Shown: one piece after another, positions 9,223 through 16,806 of the stretch
Layout of the letters: each line of letters opens with the position of its first letter
Position numbering within the stretch: position 1 is the first letter of the stretch
Assembly: GCA_964658025.1 (NCBI GenBank)
Contig: CAZZXB010000047.1
Coordinates: 1 to 20,765, forward strand
Direction: 5' to 3'
DNA length: 20,765 bases
Source of the DNA: an uncultured Janthinobacterium sp.
GTDB lineage: Bacteria > Vulcanimicrobiota > Vulcanimicrobiia > Vulcanimicrobiales > Vulcanimicrobiaceae
Program-made: the position numbers and the translations under genes
The notes under the pieces: model-generated
What the model was told of the DNA's origin: nothing
The model's input: only the letters and a program-made list of their open reading frames with translations
The model's database searches: none

Positions 9223-9264
9223 GGCGGGCGGTTTCGGAGAGGTGTCGCGCCTCCCCCGCACCCG

Positions 9265-9273
9265 TGCTATACT
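9265..9273 (+). promoter_or_regulatory. Extended -10 promoter element (TGnTATACT) for phoU
   Basis: TG-C-TATACT in the crt/phoU divergent gap, about 50 nt upstream of the phoU ATG. SD GAGGAG at 9313-9318. Confidence 0.6.
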
Positions 9274-9323
9274 GCGGGAGATGTTGCGCCTCGCACGAGC
9301 GGGCGCGCCGCCGAGGAGACGCG

Positions 9324-9968
9324 ATGTTCGGAATGCGGACGGCCTATCACGACGCGCTCGAGCAGACGAGGCTCGACGTGGTCCGTCTCGGCGCGCTCGT
9401 CGGCGACGCCGTCGTCGCGTCGGTCAGCGCGCTCGAGAAGCGCGACGCCGGCGTGGCCGCACGCGTGATCGCGGGCGACGACGAAGTCGACGCGTTACGA
9501 CGTCGCGTCGAGCAATCGTGCATCGAATTGATCTGGAAACAACAACCGGTCGCGGGCGAGTTACGACAGGTCGCGACGATGCTCGAGATCGTGACCGACC
9601 TCGAACGGACCGGCGACTACGCGGTCGAGATCTCGAAGTATTCGATCAAACTCGCCGACGTCGCGATCCGTCCCGCCCGCGTCGAGATCGGCCGGATCGC
9701 CGCGATCGCGTCGTTCATGCTCCGCGAAGCGATGCGCGCGTTCACGGAAGAAGACGCGTCGATCGCCGAAGCGGTCATCGCGCGCGACGACGAAGTCGAT
9801 CTGCTCTACGCGCGCGGCATCGAAGCGCTCCAGGAAGAGATGGCGCAGGATTCGGGGATGGTGCGCTCCGGCACGATCATGCTCTTCGTCCTGACCAATC
9901 TCGAACGCGTCGGCGATCGCGCGCAGAACGTCGCCTGGCACACGAAGGAGATGCTCGGAAAGGGCTAG
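9324..9968 (+). CDS. phoU: Phosphate signalling complex protein PhoU
   Basis: Two PhoU repeats: VIAGDDEVD...QQPVAGELR...DLERTGDYAVEI and VIARDDEVD...NLERVGDRAQNVA. SD GAGGAG lies 5 nt before ATG 9324. Confidence 0.94.
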   Translation: MFGMRTAYHDALEQTRLDVVRLGALVGDAVVASVSALEKRDAGVAARVIAGDDEVDALRRRVEQSCIELIWKQQPVAGELRQVATMLEIVTDLERTGDYAVEISKYSIKLADVAIRPARVEIGRIAAIASFMLREAMRAFTEEDASIAEAVIARDDEVDLLYARGIEALQEEMAQDSGMVRSGTIMLFVLTNLERVGDRAQNVAWHTKEMLGKG

Positions 9969-9982
9969 GACCTCCGTCGCGC

Positions 9983-10837
9983 ATGAGGTCGACGACCGCG
10001 TTCGCGCTCGCCCTTCTCGGCGTCGCTTCGTCGGCGCGCGTCGCGCTCGCGCGCGACGTCCCGACCCGGCTCTTTCTCGACGGACGGCGCGTCGACGGTC
10101 GCTCGCCGAGCGCCGATCTCCGCGACGGTAAGGCCTACGTCGACCTCGCGCGCGTCGTCGGCGTCTACAGCGGCCTGCTGACGTTCGGCCCCGCGGGGAA
10201 GAGCCGCGCGACGATCGCCGGTCGGACGATCGAGTTCACCGTCGGGCGACGCTCCGCGTTCCTCGACGGGAAGCGGGTCGATCTCCCGGCCGCCCCGTTC
10301 GTGCGCCGCGGCGATACCTACGTTCCGCTCGCGACGATCGCGAAGCTCACGGGATCCCGGCTTCGGGTCGACTCCAAGACGGGGATCGCATCGCTCGCGA
10401 GCGGCTCGGGCGAGATCTTCCCGCCGACGACGCCGACCGAGGCCGCGATCTCGGACGACGACGCGCCGTCGGTCGCGAACGCGCTCGCGCTCGTGCCGTC
10501 GCTCGTCGAACTCCCGACGGGTGAGATCGAGGGACGTCTCGACGCGACGAATCGCACCGACCGGGCCTATACGATCGCGTTCGCCGGCGCGACGCCCGTG
10601 ACGTTCGTGGTCCGACGCGGCGGCGTCGTCGCGTGGTCGTGGCCGGCGCCGGGTGAGGGTTCCGGAGCGGCCGCATCGATCACGATCGAGCCGCACGGCG
10701 TGCGCCGTTTCGCCGAGCGCTTCCGTCCCGTTCCGGCGCTCGCGGGCCATTACGTGTTACGCGCCACGCTCGCGACCGCGGTTCCCACGATCGTCTCGCC
10801 CGCCTCGCTCGACTACGCGCCGCCGCGGACGCAATAA
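9983..10837 (+). CDS. Secreted protein: signal peptide + copper amine oxidase N-terminal-like (stalk) domain + BsuPI-like Ig domain
   Basis: Signal MRSTTAFALALLGVASSARVALA. IEFTVGRRSAFLDGKRVDLPAAPFVRRGDTYVPL is the Cu_amine_oxidN1-like pattern. C-terminal LDATNRTD..YTIAF...FVVRRGGVVAWSW...ITIEP...GHYVLRATL resembles BsuPI. The 8813 start in the ORF track is an artefact. Confidence 0.7.
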   Translation: MRSTTAFALALLGVASSARVALARDVPTRLFLDGRRVDGRSPSADLRDGKAYVDLARVVGVYSGLLTFGPAGKSRATIAGRTIEFTVGRRSAFLDGKRVDLPAAPFVRRGDTYVPLATIAKLTGSRLRVDSKTGIASLASGSGEIFPPTTPTEAAISDDDAPSVANALALVPSLVELPTGEIEGRLDATNRTDRAYTIAFAGATPVTFVVRRGGVVAWSWPAPGEGSGAAASITIEPHGVRRFAERFRPVPALAGHYVLRATLATAVPTIVSPASLDYAPPRTQ

Positions 10838-10844
10838 CGCGCCG

Positions 10845-12278
10845 TCAGTATCCGCCGTCGGTGACGGTCGTCGGCGACATGATCGCGTCGGACATCCCGT
10901 GGATGAGGCGTTTGTCGGCGGGCGCCGTCGTCGCGAGGATCCCTCCGAGCGCGACGCCGTCGGCGACGACGTGATAGTACGGACAGAGCCGCACGCGACC
11001 GTCGAGGATCGCGATGTCGTCCGTCTGTCGGTCGAAGTACGGGATCTTCACGCGCTTGCCTTTGTGGAAGCGTTGGAGGATGTACGGCGTCTTCTCGTAC
11101 GACGCGAGCGCGTCGTCGAGCGTCTTCTGCCAATCCTCTTTCGTGAGATCGTTCGCGACCTTCACGCCGCGCGAGCCCCACGCGAGCTCCGAAAATCCCG
11201 AAGGTTTGGTAACGAAGTTTCGCTCGCTCTTCCCGAGCGGGACGAGTTGCGCCCAATCGCGCACGGGTTCGCCGGCCGCGAATAATCCGCTAATCGACGC
11301 CTGCGGCGGGAGCGCGCGAGGGTCGAGGATCCACGTCTGCGGGAAGATCTCCCGTAAGCGCGCGAATCCGTCGCGCAGTTCGCCCTGCCAATATTTCGCG
11401 AGCAGCGGATGGTGCAGGAGCGCGAACGTGAGCTTCTCCTCGAGATGCGCCTTCGGCGGTGGGGTCATCTTGACGCGGTTGTGACGCGCGGCGTAGAGCA
11501 TGAGCTCTTGCTTGGGGACGTTGAGCAGATCGAAGAGTTCGAAATTCCGATACAGGACGTCGATCTTTTTTTCTTCGCCGTCGGGGAGCCGGACGAAGAG
11601 CGCCTCCTCGCTGAAGACGATGTCTTCGGGCGCGCACGCGTAGACGTCGGCGAGGCCCTTCTCGCGGATCGCGTTCGCGAGCCAGACGAGCTCGGCGCGA
11701 TAATCGTCCGATTCTTGCGAGACGACGAGCGCGCTCGTCGGGTGGGGCGCCCCCGCGACCGACGCGAGCAACGCCGCGAGGCCTTCGAGCATGCCGTCGG
11801 GTCCGCCGACCGTGTCGTATCCGAGTTCGCAGTACGCCTGCGCCATCGCGCCGACGAAGCCCATGCCGCCCGGCACGCTGTCGAGCTCGGAGGCGATGAA
11901 ACCGCCTTCGGTCAGGATGAGATCGGGACGGATCACGCTCGGGATATCGCCCTTGAAGCGATTCTGACGACCGAGTTTGACCATCGATTCCGGTTTTCCG
12001 AGATCGAGGTATTCCGCGACGAACGCGGGCGCGGTGCCGCGGGCGCTCCGTTGGTAGAGGCTCGCGAGCGCGCGATAGAAGGCCAGGAGATCGGGACCGA
12101 GTCGCTCGATCGCCGCGAACGTCTCGGGCGAGATCGGAAACGGTTCGGGAGAGAGACGCCAGGCGACGCGGCTCTGATCGACGCCGACCCCGCCGAAGAG
12201 GCCGGAGGGGATACGCTCGTTGAGGCGCAGGGCCCGGTCGCGAGGCGTCAGGTTCGGATCGAGGGCGGTACAACCCAT
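10845..12278 (-). CDS. Uncharacterised ATP-grasp-like ligase (circularly permuted / glutathionylspermidine-synthase-like)
   Basis: IRPDLILTEGGFIASELDSVPGG (R-x-D...E-x-D/N), IDVLYRNFE, EEKLTFALL, VTKPSGFSELAWGSRGV, YILQRF, RVRLCPY. Normal amino-acid composition over 477 aa. Confidence 0.7.
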   Translation of the reverse strand: MGCTALDPNLTPRDRALRLNERIPSGLFGGVGVDQSRVAWRLSPEPFPISPETFAAIERLGPDLLAFYRALASLYQRSARGTAPAFVAEYLDLGKPESMVKLGRQNRFKGDIPSVIRPDLILTEGGFIASELDSVPGGMGFVGAMAQAYCELGYDTVGGPDGMLEGLAALLASVAGAPHPTSALVVSQESDDYRAELVWLANAIREKGLADVYACAPEDIVFSEEALFVRLPDGEEKKIDVLYRNFELFDLLNVPKQELMLYAARHNRVKMTPPPKAHLEEKLTFALLHHPLLAKYWQGELRDGFARLREIFPQTWILDPRALPPQASISGLFAAGEPVRDWAQLVPLGKSERNFVTKPSGFSELAWGSRGVKVANDLTKEDWQKTLDDALASYEKTPYILQRFHKGKRVKIPYFDRQTDDIAILDGRVRLCPYYHVVADGVALGGILATTAPADKRLIHGMSDAIMSPTTVTDGGY

Positions 12279-12390
12279 GTGCGGCTTCTCTTACCCCCTA
12301 GCGGACGGCGACGCGCGGCATCCCACCCGTATCGCGAGGCCGCATGCTCACCCGAGAAACCTCCGGCGCCCCGCCGGTTGCGAGAGGCCG

Positions 12391-12765
12391 TTACTTCAGC
12401 GCGACGGCTCCGGGCACGAGCAACGCGTGCTCCAAGCGCACGGCGTTCGTGCGGATCGCGACGGTCACGTGGAGCGTGCGGGCGATCCCGAGCTCGGCGA
12501 GGGGGAGGTCGTCGATCGTGCGCGCGGTCTCCTGATGCTCGACGCGCGCGTAGGGGACGCGCCGCTCGAGCGCGGGCTTGCCGCGGACGCTCGCCGTCTC
12601 GACGATCGCGTCGCTCTGCGGATCCCGACAGATCCGCACCGCCACGCTCGAACCGTCGATCGCGAAGGTGTCGCTCGAGCACGCGACGGCGGCGGGCGCC
12701 GGTCGAACCGTCCCGCCGATCGCCGCCGCCGCGAACGCCCACGCGGCCATCGCTCGAACATCCAT
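12391..12765 (-). CDS. Hypothetical exported protein (about 124 aa)
   Basis: Signal-like AMAAWAFAAAAIGG followed by a beta-rich region with two Cys (VACSSDTF, VRICRD). Start placed at ATG 12765; alternative 12750. Confidence 0.65.
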   Translation of the reverse strand: MDVRAMAAWAFAAAAIGGTVRPAPAAVACSSDTFAIDGSSVAVRICRDPQSDAIVETASVRGKPALERRVPYARVEHQETARTIDDLPLAELGIARTLHVTVAIRTNAVRLEHALLVPGAVALK

Positions 12766-12771
12766 ACGCGG

Positions 12772-12777
12772 AGTATA
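12772..12777 (-). promoter_or_regulatory. -10 element TATACT, probably giving a leaderless transcript
   Basis: The minus strand reads TATACT-CCGCGT-ATG, so the hexamer is 6 nt before ATG 12765, with no SD. Confidence 0.55.
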
Positions 12778-12890
12778 ACGGACGCGTATCCCCGGACGGC
12801 GGCGCCCGGAGGTCGGGGTTGCGTAAGGTTTCGGTACGCCCGGGCGACGGAGGAGGCCCGCCGCGCGAACCATAAGCTCGCCCGTCGCAC

Positions 12891-13700
12891 ATGAGAATCG
12901 ATCTCATCGCGCTCGATCTCGACGGTACGTTGCTCGATCCGAGCGAACATATCTCGGAGCGCAATCGAACCGCGATCCGGCAATCGCTCGAAAACGGAGT
13001 CCGCGTCGTGCTCGTCACGGGTCGCGGCACCGACCTACCCGTGCGCATCTCGCGCGAGCTCGGTCTCAATCTGCCCGTGATCTGCTGTCACGGCGCGCTC
13101 ACGAAAGATTTCGGCGCGAATCGGACGCTCGTCCACCTGCCCATCCCGTTACAGTACGCGAAGCCGATGGTCGAGTACGCGGAGACCCACGATCTCTCGC
13201 TCGCGATCTATGCCGAGGAATATTTCTGGCGGCTCGAGGGCTCGAAACTCTACATGGACGACATGGTCGGACCGGCCTGGAAAGCAGCGAACACGTTCGC
13301 CGACGTCCTCTCGGAGGCGCCGACCTTCATCCGCTTTCTCGGCGAGGAATCGGTCCGCGCGATGGAGCGCGAGTTCGGCGACTGGCCGCTCAACTTCCGC
13401 CGCGAGACGTGGGGCGATTTTTACGAGTGCGCGGTCCTCAACCGCGACGCGAGCAAGAAGAACGCGCTCTCGCGACTCTGCGCCGATTTCCAGATCGCCT
13501 CCGAACGCGTTCTCGCGATCGGCGATTCGCGCAACGACGTTCCGATGCTCCGTTGGGCGGGTATCGGCGTCGCGATGGGTAACGCGCTCCCCGAAGTGAA
13601 GCAGAGCGTCCGCTACGTCACGGCGACGAACGCCGAAGACGGCGTGGCGCTCGCGATCGAACGCTTCGTCAGACCCGCGTCGCAGAAGAGGCCGGCGTGA
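12891..13700 (+). CDS. Cof-type HAD-IIB hydrolase
   Basis: IALDLDGTLL, VLVTGR, ICCHGA, ASKKNAL, AIGDSRNDVPML, GVAMGNA, NAEDGVA. Confidence 0.93.
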   Translation: MRIDLIALDLDGTLLDPSEHISERNRTAIRQSLENGVRVVLVTGRGTDLPVRISRELGLNLPVICCHGALTKDFGANRTLVHLPIPLQYAKPMVEYAETHDLSLAIYAEEYFWRLEGSKLYMDDMVGPAWKAANTFADVLSEAPTFIRFLGEESVRAMEREFGDWPLNFRRETWGDFYECAVLNRDASKKNALSRLCADFQIASERVLAIGDSRNDVPMLRWAGIGVAMGNALPEVKQSVRYVTATNAEDGVALAIERFVRPASQKRPA

Positions 13701-13960
13701 CGACGGCGGGCGGCGCACCGACCGCCGAATACGAGAACGCGCTGCGCGCGATCCTCGCCGCGCGCGATTGGGAAGGGCTCCGCGATTTTTCGCGCGATCG
13801 CAACGCGGCACCGGACGACGTCGTCGCGCAACCGCAGCACTTCTGGGAAGTGATGTTGCACAAGCTCACGTGCAACCGCTTCGACCTCCTCGGCCTGCAC
13901 GAGGACTCGCGCGCGTGGCTCGCGGCGCGCGGCTACACGACCGATCTCGGAGATTACTGA
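13697..13960 (+). CDS. Hypothetical 87-aa protein
   Basis: GTGA overlap with the cof stop, fills the gap to moaD, and has protein-like composition (FWEVMLHKLTCNRFDL...SRAWLAARGY). Confidence 0.7.
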   Translation: MTTAGGAPTAEYENALRAILAARDWEGLRDFSRDRNAAPDDVVAQPQHFWEVMLHKLTCNRFDLLGLHEDSRAWLAARGYTTDLGDY

Positions 13961-13988
13961 TGAGCCGCCGCGCGGACGGAGCGCGCGC

Positions 13989-14237
13989 GTGACCGTGCGC
14001 GTCGCGGCGTTCGCGCGCATCCGCGAGATCGTCGGCGCGCGCGGCCTCGAGCGGACGTTCCCGCGAGACGCGACCGCGAACGACGTGTGGCGGGCGCTCG
14101 CGCGCGAATTCCCGGCGCTCGCGCCGCTCGAGCGCTCGACGCGGTTCGCGCGCAACGGCGTCGCGCTCGCCGACGGCGCGACGGCGCTCGCCGACGGCGA
14201 CGAACTCGCGCTCCTGCCGCCGTTCGGCGGGGGTTAG
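13989..14237 (+). CDS. moaD: Molybdopterin synthase sulfur carrier subunit (MoaD/ThiS family)
   Basis: VRVAAFARIREIVG, FARNG, LADGDELALLPPFGGG with C-terminal GG. Adjacent to moaE. Confidence 0.9.
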   Translation: MTVRVAAFARIREIVGARGLERTFPRDATANDVWRALAREFPALAPLERSTRFARNGVALADGATALADGDELALLPPFGGG

Positions 14238-14242
14238 CGATC

Positions 14243-14665
14243 GTGCATTACGAGATCAGCGATCTGCCGATCGACGTCGCGGCGCTCGTCCTCGCGGTCC
14301 GCGCGGACGACGCGGGCGCGCTCGTCACGTTCGTCGGCAACGTTCGCGCCACGAGTTCCGACGGGAGACCCGTGACGGGGCTCGCCTACGAGGCGCACGC
14401 CGAACTCGCGCTCGACGAGATGCGCGCGATCGGCGCGGAGGCGTCGGAGCGCTTCGGCGTTCGCGTCGCGATGGCGCATCGGATCGGCGAACTCGCCGTC
14501 GGCGAACCCGCGGTCGCGATCGCGACGACCGCGCCGCATCGCGCCGCCGCGTTCGACGCGTGCGAGTACGCGATCGACGAACTCAAGCGGCGCGTTCCGA
14601 TCTGGAAGAAAGAGTTCTATCGCGACGGCGACGCCGCGTGGCGCGACAATCCGTCGGGCCCGTGA
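14243..14665 (+). CDS. moaE: Molybdopterin synthase catalytic subunit
   Basis: AGALVTFVGNVR, LAYEAH, HRIGELAVGE, APHRAAAFDACEYAIDELKRRVPIWKKE. Start moved to GTG 14243. Confidence 0.94.
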   Translation: MHYEISDLPIDVAALVLAVRADDAGALVTFVGNVRATSSDGRPVTGLAYEAHAELALDEMRAIGAEASERFGVRVAMAHRIGELAVGEPAVAIATTAPHRAAAFDACEYAIDELKRRVPIWKKEFYRDGDAAWRDNPSGP

Positions 14666-15402
14666 CCCTCGATCTCACGTATCTCCTCACGGCGCGGGGC
14701 GCGTCGATCGCGGCGCTCGATTACGAGCCGCGCCGCGCGCGCGGGATCGGCATCGCCGTCGGGCACGGATACTCCAGTTCCAAACAAAATCTGGATCCGC
14801 TCTGCGGCTTCCTCGCCGCGCACGGCTTCAACGTCACGAGCGTCGATTTTCCCGGCCACAAACTCGGCGCGAGCGGCGGGCGGCTCGCGCATCCCGACGA
14901 CCTCGTCGACGCGCTCGCGAGCGCGGTCGCGCACCTGCGCGCGACCTACGACGTTCCGACCTACGCGCTCGGCCACAGCATGGGCGCGTTCGCCGCGATC
15001 CGCACCTGCGCGGCCGATCCCGCGGTCGTCGGCGCCGTGTCGATCGCGACGGGTCTCGGTCGTCCGGCCGCGCTCGAGCGACTCTCCCGGGGCGGCATGG
15101 TCGACCTCCGCTCGGCGTACGTCGACGGTTTGACGCTCCCGGAGATCGTCGAGGCGACCGAGCCGCTCGTCGCGGACGCGCTCGCGGGCGTCGCCGGGCG
15201 GCCGGTGCTCTACGTCGCGGCGGAGCGCGATGCGATGGTCGCGATGACGAGCGTCCGCGAACTCTTCGACCGCGCGCCCCAACCGAAATCGTTCGTCACC
15301 ATCGCGAGCGATCACACGTATGCGGGCGAGAACGCGCGCGCGGCGGTTCTCGCCTGGCTCGAAGAGCGGCATCCGCGCGGTCCCGCGCGCGGTTCGGCCT
15401 AG
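14662..15402 (+). CDS. Alpha/beta-fold serine hydrolase
   Basis: HGY oxyanion segment, DFPGH, nucleophile GHSMG, AERD (acid), SDH (His). GTGA overlap with moaE. Confidence 0.87.
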   Translation: MTLDLTYLLTARGASIAALDYEPRRARGIGIAVGHGYSSSKQNLDPLCGFLAAHGFNVTSVDFPGHKLGASGGRLAHPDDLVDALASAVAHLRATYDVPTYALGHSMGAFAAIRTCAADPAVVGAVSIATGLGRPAALERLSRGGMVDLRSAYVDGLTLPEIVEATEPLVADALAGVAGRPVLYVAAERDAMVAMTSVRELFDRAPQPKSFVTIASDHTYAGENARAAVLAWLEERHPRGPARGSA

Positions 15403-15623
15403 ATCGGGCGGTCGATGCCGTCGACGTGCGTGGCGAGTGCGGCGAGCGTCGTCCGTTCGTCGTACACGCCCGCGAGGACGTTCACGAGGCTCCCGCAGAA
15501 CGTCGCGACGATGGCGATGGCGATCGCGATCCCGAGATCGAGCCGGTCGGCGACGGCGAGCCCGAGCGCCGTCAGCGGGACGACGAGCGTCGCGGCATAG
15601 ACGGTCGTGTGACGGAGATGCAT
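15399..15623 (-). CDS. Small membrane protein (74 aa, two hydrophobic helices)
   Basis: SD GGAGGG 7 nt before ATG 15623. Hydrophobic VYAATLVVPLTALGLAV and LGIAIAIAIVATFCGSLVNVLAGV. Its stop shares CTAG with the convergent hydrolase stop. Confidence 0.6.
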   Translation of the reverse strand: MHLRHTTVYAATLVVPLTALGLAVADRLDLGIAIAIAIVATFCGSLVNVLAGVYDERTTLAALATHVDGIDRPI

Positions 15624-15672
15624 CGATCGACCCTCCAAACGGTACGCGAACGATCCGCCTTCCAGAGGAAGC

Positions 15673-16806
15673 GTGAAACTTAATTCCGCGGCGGTGCGAC
15701 AGAACCTGCGTCGCTACAGTCGTCATCTGCTTATACCGGAAGTGGGTCTGGCCGGACAAGTGCGCCTCGTCGCAGCGCGCGTTTTGGTCGTGGGCGCGGG
15801 GGGTCTGGGGTCTCCCGTGCTGCAGTATCTGGCGGCCGCGGGGATCGGTCGGATCGGGATCGTCGACGACGATCGGGTCGATATCACGAACCTCCAGCGG
15901 CAAGTTATTTTCACGACCGACGATATCGGAGCGCCGAAGGCGCAGGCGGCGGCGGCCCGGCTCGGCGCGCTCAATCCCGAAATCGCCTTCGACGCTTACG
16001 ACGTCCGGCTCGGCGCGGCGAACGCGCGCGATCTCGTCCGGCCCTACGACGTGATCGTCGACGCGACCGACACGTTCGAGACGCGCTACGTCCTCAGCGA
16101 CGCGGCGCGCCTCGAGGCGAAACCGCTCGTCTACGGATCGATCTTCCGCTTCGACGGTCAACTCAGCGTGTTCGCGCCGGGCGGCCCGTGTTATCGGTGT
16201 CTCTTCCCGCAACCGCCGCCGGCCGGGAGCGTCCCCACCTGCGCCGAGGGCGGCGTGCTCGGCGTCCTCCCCGGGATGATCGGCACGTGGCAGGCGGCGG
16301 AGGTGCTCAAGCTCGTGCTCGGCATCGGACGGCCGCTCGTCGGTCGCCTCGTCCTCGTCGACGCGCTCGACGCGATCGTGCGGGAGGTCGCGATCGCGAC
16401 CGATCCCGCGTGTCCGTTACACGGCGACCATCCCACGATCTTCGACGTCCGCGATCTCGCGACGCCCGCCCCGCCCGAGCTCGCGCCCGGCATCGGCGAG
16501 CTTCCCGCAGACGAACTCGACGCGTTTCTCGCGGGTCGGCCGGACGCGCGCGTGCTCGACGTTCGCGAGGCGCACGAGATCGCGCTCGGTCCCGCGCCCC
16601 GCGCGGTTCACGTTCCGGCGAGCGAGCTCGCGGCGCGCCTCCACGAACTCGACAGCGCGCGGACGTACGTCGTGGCGTGTCGACTCGGCGCGCGCTCGCA
16701 GGGCGCCGCAGGATTGCTGTACGACGCGGGATTCCGACGGCTCCGCCACCTCTCGGGCGGTCTGCTCCGCTACGCGGCGACGCACGCCGAATTCGAGATC
16801 TTCTGA
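15673..16806 (+). CDS. moeB: Molybdopterin-synthase adenylyltransferase with C-terminal rhodanese (MoeB/MoeZ)
   Basis: RYSRHLLIPEVG, VVGAGGLGSP, NLQRQV, PCYRCLFP, TCAEGGVLG. Rhodanese LDVRE...ACRLGARS...HLSGG. SD GAGGA. Confidence 0.94.
   Translation: MKLNSAAVRQNLRRYSRHLLIPEVGLAGQVRLVAARVLVVGAGGLGSPVLQYLAAAGIGRIGIVDDDRVDITNLQRQVIFTTDDIGAPKAQAAAARLGALNPEIAFDAYDVRLGAANARDLVRPYDVIVDATDTFETRYVLSDAARLEAKPLVYGSIFRFDGQLSVFAPGGPCYRCLFPQPPPAGSVPTCAEGGVLGVLPGMIGTWQAAEVLKLVLGIGRPLVGRLVLVDALDAIVREVAIATDPACPLHGDHPTIFDVRDLATPAPPELAPGIGELPADELDAFLAGRPDARVLDVREAHEIALGPAPRAVHVPASELAARLHELDSARTYVVACRLGARSQGAAGLLYDAGFRRLRHLSGGLLRYAATHAEFEIF

Noticed and set aside
8813..9982. 674-aa ORF as a single large protein
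   Set aside because: The first ~390 codons overlap crt (antisense) and phoU (other frame). Only the part from ATG 9983, which has a signal peptide, looks real.
12279..12390. Riboswitch in the ATP-grasp gene leader
   Set aside because: Only a short CCGGCG/CGCCGG hairpin is visible and I recognise no riboswitch consensus. An Rfam scan would settle it.
12790..12890. Moco riboswitch or structured RNA upstream of cof-moaDE (GGAGGAGG, paired GCGACGG/CCGTCGC)
   Set aside because: It does not match the Moco RNA motif as far as I can tell. The SD-like run is over 30 nt from the ATG and the pairings are short and GC-driven.
16188..16802. N-terminal extension of QueG, or a MoeB-QueG fusion (596-aa ORF)
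   Set aside because: This is an out-of-frame shadow of moeB, which is complete and has its own stop.
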